Shown here in pieces: positions 49,071 through 60,493 of a stretch of 64,000 nt of DNA. The position numbers and the translations under genes are program-made. Source of the DNA: Porticoccus sp. (GTDB lineage Bacteria > Pseudomonadota > Gammaproteobacteria > Pseudomonadales > Porticoccaceae); contig JAJFKD010000037.1 in assembly GCA_021773405.1 (NCBI GenBank), positions 10,382-74,381 of the forward strand, given 5' to 3'. A model generated the notes under the pieces. That model searched no databases and was not told the origin of the DNA. It saw only the letters and a list, made by a program, of their open reading frames with translations. Positions within the stretch are counted from its first letter, which is position 1. Every line of letters begins with the position of its first letter.

Positions 49071-49384
49071 TTTTGCCAGGCCGCAAAGGAAAGGGAGTAT
49101 CTAAAGGGGCGGCTAAAGGTGTGAACAAATTGTTATCCGTAATTTGGGTGGCAGTTATTTGTTCGGCGCTTTCGGTGGTTTACGTAAGTCACCTGTGTCG
49201 GCAGTTATATAACGAGTTGTCGAGTTTGGAGCAGGATGCGAACACATTGCAGGTTGAGTGGGGGCGGTATTTGTTGGAACAGAGCTCTTGGGCATCACTG
49301 AGTCGCATTGAGCGTTTGGCAAAGAGTCGCCTTCAGATGAGGGTGCCTGGTGCAGAGGAAATTGTTGTTATCAGGCAGAACTAA
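49067..49384 (+). CDS. ftsL: Cell division protein FtsL
   Basis: A small bitopic protein (TM helix LLSVIWVAVICSALSVVYV) with a coiled coil, in the position between rsmH and ftsI. TTG 49067 overlaps the rsmH stop codon; the start is uncertain. Confidence 0.8.
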   Translation: MILPGRKGKGVSKGAAKGVNKLLSVIWVAVICSALSVVYVSHLCRQLYNELSSLEQDANTLQVEWGRYLLEQSSWASLSRIERLAKSRLQMRVPGAEEIVVIRQN

Positions 49385-49469
49385 TAAAGGTTTGTAGATT
49401 TTGATGTTCCAAAAAGTTTGCTGGTCGAAATAAGTAGAAATAAATTGAACTGAAGTCGGGTGAATTTGG

Positions 49470-51251
49470 GTGGATGCAAAGCAAAGTAAATTAACCATTT
49501 CCCGTTGGCGGTATTCGCTACTGGTTTTGGTTTTACTCGCTCTACCGGTCGCTGCACTTTGGCATATTGCGGGGCTTCAAGTCTTGGCGGATATGGATAA
49601 AGGCTATGAGTTTCTCCAGGGGCAGGGCAAAGCTCGCACTGTTCGTACTGAATCAATTCCAGCGTATCGAGGGGTTATTACAGATAGCCGTGGTGAGCCG
49701 CTAGCGGTAAGCACGCCCGTGGTAACTCTTTGGGCAAACCCGCAAGTTATTGATGCATCTGCTGCGGGATTATCTCAATTGGCTAAAAAACTGTCGATGA
49801 GTCGAAAAGATTTGCAGCAACGCTTGGCCCGTTACACCAATAAAGAATTTATGTATTTGGCGCGCCAGGTGGCACCAGGGTTAGCAGAAGAAATTCTAGG
49901 TCTGGAAATTCCCGGAGTTTATGGCAAGGGTGAATACAAGCGTTTTTATCCGGCGGGGGAAGTAACCTCTCAATTGGTAGGTTTTACCAATATCGATGAT
50001 CAGGGCCAAGAGGGGATGGAGCTGGCATTTGATGATGTGCTGACGGGTGTATCCGGTTCTAAAAAAGTACTGAAAGATCTAAAGGGCCGGGTAATTAAAG
50101 ATTTAGCTCTAGTGCGCAGCGAAAAGCCCGGTGAAAGTCTGGCTCTAAGTATTGATTTGAGGTTGCAGTACACGGCCTATCGTGAATTGAAGGCTGCAGT
50201 TGCGAAGCATAAGGCCTCTTCAGGTTCTGTGGTTATGTTGGATGTGAAAACAGGTGAAGTGTTGGCGATGGCCAATCAGCCTTCTTTTAACCCGAATGAC
50301 CGCAGCCAGCTTAGCTCTGATGCATTAAGAAACAGGGCGATCACTGATTTGGTGGAGCCGGGTTCTACCATGAAGCCTCTAACGGTATTGGCGGCATTGG
50401 AAAGTGGCAAATTCTCACCTGAAACGGTTATTGATACCAACCCTGGTTATATCCGCGTGGGCAGAAAGACATTCCTTGATCACCGCAATTACGGTGAGAT
50501 TGATCTGACAACATTGTTGATGAAGTCAAGCCAAGTGGGTACCACAAAGTTGGCGCTTGAATTAGAGCCTGAGCATATCAGGGATATGTTTTTCCGGATG
50601 GGGTTGGGGCAGAGCCCAGGAACGGGGTTTCCGGGAGAGAGCCCTGGAAGTTTGCCTCAGCATAGAAAGTGGAAGCCCGTAGAGCGGGCAAATTTTGCGT
50701 TTGGGCATGGTTTATCGGCAACCGCAATACAGATGGCTCAAGCCTACGCTGTTCTTGCCAGTGATGGCGTGAGAAAACCTTTAACGTTGCTGAAAACAGA
50801 AAAAATTCCCGAGGGTGAGCAGGTGGCTGATGCCAAGTTGGTTTCAAGGCTTAGGGAAATGATGAGCAATGTAACGCGCACGGGTGGTACGGCAACGCGA
50901 GCTGCAATTCCTTCCTATGATGTTGCTGGTAAAACAGGCACGGTTCATAAAGTAGGAAAGCATGGCTACGAGAAAAATCGTTATGTGGCTATGTTTGCCG
51001 GTATGGTCCCTGCTGAAAATCCACGGTTAGTTACAGTGGTCATTATTAATGATCCCCAGGGTGGCCAATATTATGGCGGCGAAGTGGCGGCGCCTGTTTT
51101 CGCAAACGTCACGGCAGATGCACTTCGGATGCTGAAAATACCGCCGACTGTATTGAAGAGCGATCGGGTGGTTAATACGGATCACTCTAGTGTTTCTTCT
51201 TCTGGTACTTCTTATTCTCGTGCGTCAGAGAAGCCAGGAGGTGCCACGTGA
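49470..51251 (+). CDS. ftsI: Peptidoglycan D,D-transpeptidase FtsI (PBP3)
   Basis: GTG start; motifs STMKP (SxxK), SSQ-region and KTGT; 593 aa. Confidence 0.93.
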   Translation: MDAKQSKLTISRWRYSLLVLVLLALPVAALWHIAGLQVLADMDKGYEFLQGQGKARTVRTESIPAYRGVITDSRGEPLAVSTPVVTLWANPQVIDASAAGLSQLAKKLSMSRKDLQQRLARYTNKEFMYLARQVAPGLAEEILGLEIPGVYGKGEYKRFYPAGEVTSQLVGFTNIDDQGQEGMELAFDDVLTGVSGSKKVLKDLKGRVIKDLALVRSEKPGESLALSIDLRLQYTAYRELKAAVAKHKASSGSVVMLDVKTGEVLAMANQPSFNPNDRSQLSSDALRNRAITDLVEPGSTMKPLTVLAALESGKFSPETVIDTNPGYIRVGRKTFLDHRNYGEIDLTTLLMKSSQVGTTKLALELEPEHIRDMFFRMGLGQSPGTGFPGESPGSLPQHRKWKPVERANFAFGHGLSATAIQMAQAYAVLASDGVRKPLTLLKTEKIPEGEQVADAKLVSRLREMMSNVTRTGGTATRAAIPSYDVAGKTGTVHKVGKHGYEKNRYVAMFAGMVPAENPRLVTVVIINDPQGGQYYGGEVAAPVFANVTADALRMLKIPPTVLKSDRVVNTDHSSVSSSGTSYSRASEKPGGAT

Positions 51252-52849
51252 TGGCAGCTTCTCAGTTACCTGTTATACCGACTCTGCAACAGTTGTTGCC
51301 AGAGGTGGCTTTGACTGATTCTTTGACGACCGCTTTAGTTGGTGGTTTGTGTCTTGATAGTCGTTCGGTAAAACCCGGTGATGTTTTTGTTGCTGTTCCA
51401 GGGCTGGATCACGATGGCCGTGATTATATTTCACAGGCTCTTAAAGCTGGTGCTGTCGCTGTATTAGCTGAGAAGAATGATTTTGGATCGAAAGTTTTCT
51501 CATCTTCTGATAGTCGTGTGGTTTTAATTTCTGAATTGAATCAACAGCTAAGTGAAATTGCCGGGCGGTTTTATTCTGATCCATCTGATCAGCTGATTTT
51601 GACTGGAATAACCGGCACTAATGGTAAGACCACATGCAGCCTTTTACTTGCCCAGTTGTTTAGCCTAATAAAAGAATCTAAAGAGCGCCCCGTGGGTGTT
51701 ATTGGAACCCTGGGGTGTGGCGTAGTAGCTCATGGCCGACCTGATTTTCAGGAAACCGGCATGACTACACCTGATGCCATCACAGCCCAGTCCATATTTT
51801 CTGATTATGTTGCACAAAATATTGATCGGGTGGTGATGGAAGTTTCATCCCATAGCTTGGTTCAGTATCGGGTGCAGGCGCTGGCATTTAATACTGCAGT
51901 ATTTACCAATTTAAGCCGTGATCATTTGGATTATCACGGTGATCTAGTCAGTTATGCCAGTGCAAAGATGCAGCTTTTCGCCATGTCTGGATTAGAGCAT
52001 GCGGTGATCAATGTGGATGACCCTGTCGGTGCTGAAATTGCCTCCCAGTTGTCACCGACAATAGAGTTTATTGGCTATTCACTGAGCAACGTCAATGCCG
52101 GTGTTTATGCTGAAAATATAGTTTTATCGCCTCATGGTATAGCCGCGTATGTGCATACCCCCTGGGGTAAGGGTGAATTAAATAGTCAGCTGGTTGGACG
52201 ATTTAATTTGCAGAATCTGTTGGCAGTGATTTCCGTTGCTTGCCTCCAAGGTATGTCTTTCAGTTCAGTGTTGGCAGCCTTGCCTCGATTACAGCCGGTG
52301 TCAGGTCGTATGGAGCTAATTTCGGTTGAGAGCTCAGCTGATGCTTCTGTTGATGTTTCGATTGAGGGCACTGATAAAAAAGGTGCTCCTCAAGTTATTG
52401 TGGATTATGCCCATACGCCGGATGCCTTAAAAAATACCTTAGAGACATTGCGCGAGCATTGTGACGGCAAGTTGTGGTGTGTGTTTGGCTGCGGCGGTGA
52501 TCGTGATCAGGGTAAGCGTCCGTTGATGGGCGAAGTTGCCAGTAAGCTGGCTGACCATGTTGTCGTGACCAGTGATAACCCTCGCAGTGAAGATCCTGAT
52601 GCCATCATAAAAGATATTTGTGGTGGGTTGATTGCTGATGAATTGGTTGATGGCAGGGTAGATGTTGTTTCGGATCGTGAGCAGGCGATTCATGCGGCGA
52701 TACAGTCAGCAAACCAGGGCGACATTGTCTTAATTGCCGGTAAGGGGCACGAGTCATATCAGCTCGTTGGTGCTCAACGATTACCGTTCAGTGATCAGGC
52801 CCAAGCCAGGTTGGCCTTGCGTCAGCGTGGAGGGCGAGATGATGACTGA
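51251..52849 (+). CDS. murE: UDP-N-acetylmuramoyl-L-alanyl-D-glutamate--2,6-diaminopimelate ligase
   Basis: GITGTNGKTT, DYAHTPDAL and the DNPR motif (meso-DAP type). The ATG overlaps the ftsI stop codon (TGATG). Confidence 0.93.
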   Translation: MAASQLPVIPTLQQLLPEVALTDSLTTALVGGLCLDSRSVKPGDVFVAVPGLDHDGRDYISQALKAGAVAVLAEKNDFGSKVFSSSDSRVVLISELNQQLSEIAGRFYSDPSDQLILTGITGTNGKTTCSLLLAQLFSLIKESKERPVGVIGTLGCGVVAHGRPDFQETGMTTPDAITAQSIFSDYVAQNIDRVVMEVSSHSLVQYRVQALAFNTAVFTNLSRDHLDYHGDLVSYASAKMQLFAMSGLEHAVINVDDPVGAEIASQLSPTIEFIGYSLSNVNAGVYAENIVLSPHGIAAYVHTPWGKGELNSQLVGRFNLQNLLAVISVACLQGMSFSSVLAALPRLQPVSGRMELISVESSADASVDVSIEGTDKKGAPQVIVDYAHTPDALKNTLETLREHCDGKLWCVFGCGGDRDQGKRPLMGEVASKLADHVVVTSDNPRSEDPDAIIKDICGGLIADELVDGRVDVVSDREQAIHAAIQSANQGDIVLIAGKGHESYQLVGAQRLPFSDQAQARLALRQRGGRDDD

Positions 52850-54284
52850 GCTAACGTTGTCTGAAATGGCGCAGGTCTATGGCGGCACGCTTATGTATCC
52901 CGACTGCCGTTTTCAATCGGTATCTACGGATAGTCGCCATATTGATGAAGGGCAGTTATTTGTTGCCCTTCGAGGTGAGCGATTCGATGCCCATGAATTT
53001 CTTCCGGATGTGGCAACGCGTGCTGGCGGTATGGTGGTTGAGCGACCAGTTAAGAATCTGAATGTGCCTCAATGGGTAGTGCCCAATACCACAGAAGCTT
53101 TGGGGCAAATTGCATTATCAAATAGAAAAGCATTTAGAGGGCCTGTGATCGCAATCACGGGTAGCAGCGGTAAAACCACTGTTAAAGAAATGGTATCGAC
53201 AATTTTATCTGAATCTGCTCCGGCTTTTTTGGGTAAACCCACTCCAGTGTTGGCTACCAAGGGCAACCTGAATAATCACATTGGTGTTCCTCTTACTTTG
53301 TTAGCACTCTCAAGCCAGCACCGATTTGCAGTGATAGAGATGGGTGCAAGTGCTTTGGGTGAAATCAGCTATCTCTGTGAATTAGCCTGCCCGGATGTAG
53401 TGTTGGTGAACAATGTGTTGCCAGCCCATGTTGAGGGATTTGGTAGTGTAGAAAATATTGCCCGCGCTAAGGGTGAAATTTATCAGGGTGTTTCAGCTGA
53501 AGGTACAGCAGTAGTTAACCTTGATGAGTCTTATGTTAATCAGTGGTTGGCCTCAACCAGAGCCCGGGTACTGACATTTTCAATGACCAATTCAGAGGCT
53601 GATTTTACCGTCAGAGATCTTGTTGTTGATGAGCGAGGTTGTTGCACTTTTGTGTTGGTAACGCCAGTGGGTGAAGCTTCTATCAAGTTGCCCTTGGCTG
53701 GCCAGCACAATATCGCGAATGCGTTGGCCGCAGCAGCTTGTTCTCATGCTGCGGGCGCAGAGTTGGGGTTGATTTCTTCTGGTTTGAATAAGCTGCAACA
53801 GGTATCTGGGCGACTGAATATTGAGCGGCTGGACAATGGCAGTACTGTTATTGATGACACCTATAACGCCAACCCCGGATCGGTAAAGGCGGCCATTGAT
53901 GCTCTGGTGAATATCCGCGGGCACCATGTCCTGGTTTTGGGTGATATGGGGGAGCTGGGTGATGACGAAGCAAGTATGCATGGAGAGGTTGGTCGGTATG
54001 CAGCTGAAAAAGGTGTAGACACATTGCTGGCAGTTGGCCCTCTTTGTGCTAATACCGCTCGTGAATTTGGTGCAAACGGAAAGCACTTTGACAGCAAAGA
54101 GCAGCTGGTGGAATACCTTCTAGATAATGAAAAAAGTGGTGAAGCAGGTACTGAGATAAGCAGTGAGCTTGAGCAGCTGCTGAAAGGCGATGCTGTGGTG
54201 TTGGTGAAAGGGTCGCGCTTTATGGGGATGGAGCAGGTAGTAAAGGTATTGGTGCAGCTGATTAAAGAATCGGGAGAAAAATAG
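52839..54284 (+). CDS. murF: UDP-N-acetylmuramoyl-tripeptide--D-alanyl-D-alanine ligase
   Basis: The real start is [11 protein letters not shown] (ATG 52839 or 52842), overlapping the murE end. Motifs [11 protein letters not shown] and DDTYNANP are present. Confidence 0.92.
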   Translation: MMTELTLSEMAQVYGGTLMYPDCRFQSVSTDSRHIDEGQLFVALRGERFDAHEFLPDVATRAGGMVVERPVKNLNVPQWVVPNTTEALGQIALSNRKAFRGPVIAITGSSGKTTVKEMVSTILSESAPAFLGKPTPVLATKGNLNNHIGVPLTLLALSSQHRFAVIEMGASALGEISYLCELACPDVVLVNNVLPAHVEGFGSVENIARAKGEIYQGVSAEGTAVVNLDESYVNQWLASTRARVLTFSMTNSEADFTVRDLVVDERGCCTFVLVTPVGEASIKLPLAGQHNIANALAAAACSHAAGAELGLISSGLNKLQQVSGRLNIERLDNGSTVIDDTYNANPGSVKAAIDALVNIRGHHVLVLGDMGELGDDEASMHGEVGRYAAEKGVDTLLAVGPLCANTAREFGANGKHFDSKEQLVEYLLDNEKSGEAGTEISSELEQLLKGDAVVLVKGSRFMGMEQVVKVLVQLIKESGEK

Positions 54285-54285
54285 A

Positions 54286-55368
54286 ATGCTACTTTGGTTA
54301 GCTGATTTTCTGTCTCAGTATTTCACCGTTTTTGGTGTGGTGAAGTATCTGACCTTTAGGGCGATTTTGGGAGTACTTACGTCTCTCGGTATTTCTTTGG
54401 TGTTTGGGCCAAAGATGATTAGCAAGCTCAATTATTTGCAAATTGGTCAGTCTATTCGCACTGATGGTCCCGAAAGCCATTTGAGTAAATCAGGTACGCC
54501 AACGATGGGTGGTGCATTAATTCTCCTCTCCATTTTTGTCAGCACATTACTCTGGTCCGATTTATCTAATCACTATGTTTGGGTTGTTTTGTTGGTCACC
54601 TTTGTTTTTGGTGCCGTAGGTTGGGTTGATGATTACCGCAAAGTTGTGGAAAAAAATTCCCGTGGGCTGCCTGCAAAGTGGAAATATTTTTGGCAGTCCG
54701 TTGGTGGTTTGGGTGCCGCAATATTTCTTTATTCAGCAGGTAGCACGGGTGCGGAAAATGAATTAATCGTTCCCTTCTTTAAAGAGGTGGCATTGCCGTT
54801 GGGTGCCTTTTATGTGCTCCTGACCTATTTCGTCATTGTTGGCAGTAGTAATGCAGTCAACCTGACGGACGGCCTAGATGGGTTGGCGATTATGCCAACG
54901 GTTTTAGTTGGCGGTGCATTGGGGCTGATTGCCTACTTGGCGGGTAATGTTCAATTTGCTGATTATCTGCATATTCCCTATGTCCATGGTGCCGGTGAGC
55001 TTGGCGTATTTTGTGCGGCACTAGCTGGAGCTGGTTTAGGGTTTTTATGGTTTAACACCTATCCCGCCCAGGTTTTTATGGGTGATGTTGGTGCATTGGC
55101 GTTGGGTGCAGCATTGGGTGTTATTGCCGTCATTGTTCGCCACGAAATTGTCTTTTTCATTATGAGTGGCGTGTTCGTGCTGGAAACAGTTTCGGTCATC
55201 ATGCAGGTCACTTCATTTAAGTTAACCGGCCGTAGAATTTTCCGCATGGCGCCGATTCATCACCATTTTGAATTAAAGGGTTGGCCTGAGCCCCGTGTCA
55301 TCGTTCGGTTTTGGATTATTACCGTGATCCTGGTGTTGTTTGGTTTAGCGACACTTAAGTTGAGATAA
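54286..55368 (+). CDS. mraY: Phospho-N-acetylmuramoyl-pentapeptide transferase
   Basis: [20 protein letters not shown] and APIHHHFE; 360 aa. Confidence 0.96.
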   Translation: MLLWLADFLSQYFTVFGVVKYLTFRAILGVLTSLGISLVFGPKMISKLNYLQIGQSIRTDGPESHLSKSGTPTMGGALILLSIFVSTLLWSDLSNHYVWVVLLVTFVFGAVGWVDDYRKVVEKNSRGLPAKWKYFWQSVGGLGAAIFLYSAGSTGAENELIVPFFKEVALPLGAFYVLLTYFVIVGSSNAVNLTDGLDGLAIMPTVLVGGALGLIAYLAGNVQFADYLHIPYVHGAGELGVFCAALAGAGLGFLWFNTYPAQVFMGDVGALALGAALGVIAVIVRHEIVFFIMSGVFVLETVSVIMQVTSFKLTGRRIFRMAPIHHHFELKGWPEPRVIVRFWIITVILVLFGLATLKLR

Positions 55369-55404
55369 AAAGTAGTTGAGATAAGAAGAGTATTGGATGT
55401 GGCA

Positions 55405-56790
55405 ATGAGTCAATTGATAGCCAGTAGCAAACTTAAGATGGTGGTCGGTATCGGCGCCACGGGTTTGTCTGTGGCTCGTCATTTGTCACAACTGGGTGAG
55501 CGTTTTGTGATGTTAGATACTCGCCAGCAACCGCCTTGCCTAGCACAGCTAAAAAATGAAATGCCCGATGTGCCAGTGGCATTGGGTGAATTTGATATAG
55601 ATAGTTTTGATGGGGCGGATGAAATTATTCTCAGCCCAGGTTTGTCTCGACAAATACCTGCGGTACAGGCAGCAATCAATTTAGATATTCCGGTGATTAG
55701 TGATATCGAATTGTTTGCTCGTTCGGCGAATGCGCCGATTATTGCGATTACGGGCTCAAATGGTAAAAGCACTGTTACCACGTTGGTAGGTGAAATGTGT
55801 GCTGCGGCTGGAAAAAAAGTAGGCGTTGGCGGTAATTTAGGTACGCCAGCTCTTGAGTTACTGGACGAACAATCTGAGCTGTATGTGCTTGAACTTTCAA
55901 GTTTTCAGCTTGAGTCTGTTTATAGCTTGAACGCTGAAGTGGCAACGGTTTTGAATGTGAGCCCTGATCATATGGATCGTTACCAGAGCTTGCTGGATTA
56001 TCACCAGGCGAAGCACCGAATTTTTGGTGGTGCGCGTCAGGTTGTGGTTAATCGCGCTGACAAGCTTAGCGTGCCATTGGTTAGTGAAAAGGTTAAGCAA
56101 TGGAGCTTTGGCGTTGATCGTCCTGACTTTTCAGGCTTCGGTTTGGTCGAGCAGGGTGGGGAGTCTTGGCTGGCTTACCAGTTTGATCGGTTAATGCCCG
56201 AATCTGATTTAGGTATAAAAGGTCGTCATAACACCAGTAATGCGTTGGCTGCTCTCGCCATTGGTTCTGCAGTGGGCCTACCCATGGATACGATGTTAAG
56301 GGTGCTGCGTGAATTTCGCGGGCTATCTCACCGCTGCCAAACTGTTACAGAACTGAATGGCGTTACCTATATCAATGATTCAAAAGCCACCAATGTAGGA
56401 GCGACATTGGCTGCTATACAGGGGTTGTCTGGAGAGCAGGGGCTTTCAGGTAATGATGACAAAACTGAGAGTAAGCTGATCTTGATTGCTGGTGGTCAGG
56501 CCAAGGGGCAGGATTTTTCACCGTTGGCTCAGGCTTTAACGGGTTCTGTTAAGCGCCTCGTGTTGTTGGGTGAAGATGCAAAAATTATTGGTGATGCTGT
56601 AGAGAGTGTTAAGAGTTCGGTCGATACAGTCTATGCAGAGGATTTAACTGAGGCCGTTAAATTAAGCCATGAGATTGCACAGCTCGGCGATATTGTCTTG
56701 TTGTCTCCAGCCTGTGCAAGTTTTGATATGTTTTCGGGGTTTGCTGAGCGTGGTGAGCAATTTGTAAATGAAGTGAGGGCGTTGCAATGA
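55405..56790 (+). CDS. murD: UDP-N-acetylmuramoylalanine--D-glutamate ligase
   Basis: GITGSNGKSTV and NDSKATN. I prefer ATG 55405 (MSQLIASS..) over TTG 55393. Confidence 0.92.
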   Translation: MSQLIASSKLKMVVGIGATGLSVARHLSQLGERFVMLDTRQQPPCLAQLKNEMPDVPVALGEFDIDSFDGADEIILSPGLSRQIPAVQAAINLDIPVISDIELFARSANAPIIAITGSNGKSTVTTLVGEMCAAAGKKVGVGGNLGTPALELLDEQSELYVLELSSFQLESVYSLNAEVATVLNVSPDHMDRYQSLLDYHQAKHRIFGGARQVVVNRADKLSVPLVSEKVKQWSFGVDRPDFSGFGLVEQGGESWLAYQFDRLMPESDLGIKGRHNTSNALAALAIGSAVGLPMDTMLRVLREFRGLSHRCQTVTELNGVTYINDSKATNVGATLAAIQGLSGEQGLSGNDDKTESKLILIAGGQAKGQDFSPLAQALTGSVKRLVLLGEDAKIIGDAVESVKSSVDTVYAEDLTEAVKLSHEIAQLGDIVLLSPACASFDMFSGFAERGEQFVNEVRALQ

Positions 56791-57974
56791 TAACGATGCC
56801 TTTCTTCGCCATACCGTCTGCGCCTCAGTTTTTTGGTGAGTTGGATCGTACGTTATTGCTTGCAACATTGGCCATTGCCACTATTGGCTTGGTGATGATT
56901 TGTTCGGCGTCTATCAGCTTTGCTGACCATAGTTATGGTGATGCTTTTTATTATTTAAAAAGGCACCTGATGTTTTTGGCAGCGGGGCTGTTAGTTGCTG
57001 TTGTCTTTCTCGCTGTTCCCTCCCGTATTTGGTACCGCTATGGCGTACCGCTGTTGTTTATCACTTTGCTGATGCTGGTAGCTGTGTTAATTCCGGGTAT
57101 TGGCCGGAAAGTGAATGGCAGTCAGCGCTGGATCCCAATGGGCCCTATTAATTTGCAGGTGTCTGAATTGGCCAAGTTTGTCGTCATTCTATTTATGGCG
57201 GGTTATCTGGAGCGCCATCAAAGGCAACTTCGGGTGCAGTGGCAGGGGTTTGTTAAGCCCGTTGCAGTGTTGGCATTGATTGTTTTCTTGTTGTTGCTGG
57301 AACCGGATTTTGGTTCCGCTGTTGTGATGAGTGGCACTGTGTTGGGAATGTTGTTTATCGCCGGTGTCAGGCTTTGGCAATTCAGTGCACTGCTTGTGTT
57401 GGGTGTGTCGGGGTTGGTGGGTATTGCGCTGATGTCACCCTATCGGGTCCAGCGCTTGGTGACATTCCTGGACCCTTGGGCTGATCAATACAACGCTGGG
57501 TATCAGTTGACCCAATCCTTAATCGCATTTGGCCGAGGTGAATGGTTGGGTGTTGGGTTAGGCAATAGCGTCCAAAAATTATTCTATTTGCCGGAGGCTC
57601 ATACCGACTTTGTCTTTGCAATTTATGCGGAAGAGTTTGGGTTGGTCGGTGTTGCTGCAGTTGTCGGTCTTTATGTTTTATTGGTTTCGCGGGTATTACA
57701 TGTTGCTCGTAAGGCGTTGCGCCGACAGGACTGGTTTGCGGCCTATAGCTGCTTTGGTATAGCCATGATGGTAGCAGGGCAGACTTTTATCAATATTGGT
57801 GTGACCTCTGGCCTATTGCCCACTAAAGGGTTGACCCTGCCTTTTATTAGCTATGGCGGCAGTAGTTTATTGGTTTGTAGTGCCATGATCGCATTGGTGT
57901 TGAGGATCAGCAGGGAAATGGATAACGCTCCTGCAGTGGCCAAACAGGTGAGACGTGATAGAGCGGAGATGTAG
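56787..57974 (+). CDS. ftsW: Peptidoglycan glycosyltransferase FtsW (SEDS family)
   Basis: A 10-TM SEDS protein with QPSELAK-like VSELAKF, PEAHTDF and LPFISYGGSS. The ATG overlaps the murD stop codon. Confidence 0.93.
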   Translation: MITMPFFAIPSAPQFFGELDRTLLLATLAIATIGLVMICSASISFADHSYGDAFYYLKRHLMFLAAGLLVAVVFLAVPSRIWYRYGVPLLFITLLMLVAVLIPGIGRKVNGSQRWIPMGPINLQVSELAKFVVILFMAGYLERHQRQLRVQWQGFVKPVAVLALIVFLLLLEPDFGSAVVMSGTVLGMLFIAGVRLWQFSALLVLGVSGLVGIALMSPYRVQRLVTFLDPWADQYNAGYQLTQSLIAFGRGEWLGVGLGNSVQKLFYLPEAHTDFVFAIYAEEFGLVGVAAVVGLYVLLVSRVLHVARKALRRQDWFAAYSCFGIAMMVAGQTFINIGVTSGLLPTKGLTLPFISYGGSSLLVCSAMIALVLRISREMDNAPAVAKQVRRDRAEM

Positions 57975-57981
57975 CAAGGTG

Positions 57982-59055
57982 ATGGTGATGGCTGGTGGAA
58001 CTGGCGGACACGTATTCCCTGCATTGGCGGTGGCTGAAGTGCTGCGTGATCGCAATGTTGTTGTTACCTGGCTGGGAACACGTCGTGGCATTGAGGCTGA
58101 GCTTGTCCCTGAACATGGTTTTCCTATTGATTTTATCGATGTGGAAGGTGTGCGTGGTCGGGGTGTAATGAAATTATTAAAGGCACCTTTTGTGTTGATG
58201 AAGTCACTGTGGCAATCCATCGGAGTGATCCGCAGTCAGAAGCCAGAAGTTGTTTTGGGTCTGGGCGGTTTTGCTTCTGGGCCAGGGGGCGTAGCGGCAC
58301 GCTTGTTGGGATTGCCTCTAGTTATCCATGAACAGAATGCAGTTGCTGGAACAACCAACACATTGTTGGCGAAGATAGCGAACAGAATATTGGAAGCATT
58401 CCCAGGTGCATTGCCCCGTGGTGAATGGGTGGGCAACCCCGTGCGTAAGGCTATCGAAGATTTGCCAGCTCTAGACCAGGACAAGATTGCCGATGGAGTG
58501 TCGTCTGATCTACCACCAATACAGCTGCTTGTGTTGGGAGGAAGCCTAGGGGCTTCGGCGATAAACCAGCAGGTGCCGAAAGCATTGGCTTTGTTGCCCG
58601 GTGAGGTTGCTATAGAGGTTCGTCACCAGTGTGGCCGGGCCCATCAGTCTGATACCGAAAGTGCTTATGAGGCGGCAGGGGTGAAAGCCAGTATTGAGCC
58701 ATTTATTGCAGATATGGCCGAGGCTTACGAATGGGCTGACGTGGTGGTTTGTCGGGCGGGGGCTTTAACCGTTGCAGAGTTAACGGCAGCGGGTGTCGGT
58801 GCATTGTTAATTCCCTACCCCCATGCCATCGATGATCACCAAACAAAGAATGGAGAATGGTTAGTTGAGCAAAAGGCAGCGTTATTAATGCAGCAATCAG
58901 ATTTAACGCCAGAAAAGTTGGCGGCACAGATAACAGAATGGTCGACAGATAGAACAAAGCTGCAATCAATGGCGGTTAATGCTCGGGCTATGGCAAAAAG
59001 TGGCGTGGCTGAATCGGTAGCCGATATTTGTATGGAGGTATGCCGTGGGCAGTGA
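57982..59055 (+). CDS. murG: UDP-N-acetylglucosamine--N-acetylmuramyl-(pentapeptide) pyrophosphoryl-undecaprenol GlcNAc transferase
   Basis: [18 protein letters not shown]. The ORF opens at GTG 57955 inside ftsW, but the ATG at 57982 just after the ftsW stop codon is more likely. Confidence 0.9.
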   Translation: MVMAGGTGGHVFPALAVAEVLRDRNVVVTWLGTRRGIEAELVPEHGFPIDFIDVEGVRGRGVMKLLKAPFVLMKSLWQSIGVIRSQKPEVVLGLGGFASGPGGVAARLLGLPLVIHEQNAVAGTTNTLLAKIANRILEAFPGALPRGEWVGNPVRKAIEDLPALDQDKIADGVSSDLPPIQLLVLGGSLGASAINQQVPKALALLPGEVAIEVRHQCGRAHQSDTESAYEAAGVKASIEPFIADMAEAYEWADVVVCRAGALTVAELTAAGVGALLIPYPHAIDDHQTKNGEWLVEQKAALLMQQSDLTPEKLAAQITEWSTDRTKLQSMAVNARAMAKSGVAESVADICMEVCRGQ

Positions 59056-60466
59056 AGGTATTTATCAGGTCCCAGAAATGCGCCGCATTCGCCGCATTCA
59101 CTTTATTGGTATTGGCGGCAGCGGTATGTGTGGTATTGCAGAAGTGCTGCTGAACCAGGGCTATGAAATTTCCGGTTCTGATTTGGGTGTTAACAACAAT
59201 ACCCGCCGCTTGGAAAAGTTAGGGGCAACTATCCAGCGGGGCCATGCGGCGGAGAATGTAAATAACGTCGACGTGGTGGTGAAGTCTTCCGCAGTCACCA
59301 TGGACAACCCTGAAATTGTTAGTGCGAGAGAGCAGCGTATTCCTGTGGTGCGCCGGGCAGAAATGTTGGCTGAGTTAATGCGCTACAGGCACGGTGTGGC
59401 GGTGGCGGGTACCCACGGTAAAACCACAACGACCAGTTTATTGGCATCTATATTGGCGGCTGAAGGAAAGGATCCTACCTTTGTGATTGGTGGTTTGGTG
59501 AAGGGTGCAAATACGAATGCTCGTTTGGGTGAGAGTCGTTACTTGGTGGCAGAAGCCGATGAAAGTGATGCCTCATTTTTACACCTGCAACCTATGGTCG
59601 CCGTTATTACAAATATTGATGCAGACCATATGGAAACCTATGGTTTTGATTTCAATAAGTTGAAACAAACCTTTGTTGAGTTTCTTCACAATCTGCCTTT
59701 CTACGGTCTCGCAGTGCTTTGCATTGATGACCCTGTGGTAAGAGATATTTTGCCCGAGGTTTCTCGGCCAGTGCTGACGTACGGCTTTGCCGATGATGCA
59801 GATTACCGAATTGAAAATGTGTCAATGGAACAGCGTCATAGCAAGTTCCAGGTGCATCGCCCTGATCATGATAAGCCCCTGGATATCGAGATGAATATTC
59901 CAGGCGTTCACAATGTTTTGAATGCGACTGCAGCCATTGCTGTTGCCACTGATGAAGCTATGTCGGATAAGGCAATTCAGAGTGGTTTGGCGGAGTTTCA
60001 AGGTGTTGGTCGTCGCTTTGAGATTTATGGTGAATACCCTGTTGGTAATGGTGATGCCATGTTAGTGGATGATTACGGTCATCATCCAAGGGAAGTCGCG
60101 GCCACGATTAAGGCGGTGAGAGAAGGCTGGCCACAGAAGCGTTTAGTCATGGTGTTTCAGCCCCATCGATATACCCGAACCCGCGACCTCTACGAAGATT
60201 TTGTTCAAGTACTGTCGAGCTGCGATGTGCTGTTGTTGTTGGAAGTTTATTCCGCAGGTGAGGAAGAAATTCCAGGAGCGGATAGCAGGGCCTTGTGTCG
60301 CAGTATTCGTCAGCGTGGATTGGTTGATCCTATTTATGTGCAAGATATTGAAGAAGTAGGCGATGTGCTCAAAGACGTTGTTCAGGGTGGTGACATGGTG
60401 ATCACTCAGGGAGCGGGTAGCGTTGGTAAATTAGTGAAAATTCTGGCGGATAGGAAGCTTGTGTAA
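59045..60466 (+). CDS. murC: UDP-N-acetylmuramate--L-alanine ligase
   Basis: [20 protein letters not shown] and [10 protein letters not shown]; GTG start overlapping the murG end. Confidence 0.93.
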   Translation: MGSEGIYQVPEMRRIRRIHFIGIGGSGMCGIAEVLLNQGYEISGSDLGVNNNTRRLEKLGATIQRGHAAENVNNVDVVVKSSAVTMDNPEIVSAREQRIPVVRRAEMLAELMRYRHGVAVAGTHGKTTTTSLLASILAAEGKDPTFVIGGLVKGANTNARLGESRYLVAEADESDASFLHLQPMVAVITNIDADHMETYGFDFNKLKQTFVEFLHNLPFYGLAVLCIDDPVVRDILPEVSRPVLTYGFADDADYRIENVSMEQRHSKFQVHRPDHDKPLDIEMNIPGVHNVLNATAAIAVATDEAMSDKAIQSGLAEFQGVGRRFEIYGEYPVGNGDAMLVDDYGHHPREVAATIKAVREGWPQKRLVMVFQPHRYTRTRDLYEDFVQVLSSCDVLLLLEVYSAGEEEIPGADSRALCRSIRQRGLVDPIYVQDIEEVGDVLKDVVQGGDMVITQGAGSVGKLVKILADRKLV

Positions 60467-60493
60467 CAGGTGGGTAGCGTAAGGCAAGAGAGC

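Noticed and set aside
53592-54086. Long antisense ORFs in murF (164 aa). Similar cases occur in ddl (60876..61358), zapE (34412..34834), ntrB (6418..6927), mgtE (16742..17233) and gpmI (2081..2506).
   Set aside because: All are embedded in well-supported conserved genes. None has an RBS or a recognisable motif, and their composition is typical of shadow frames.
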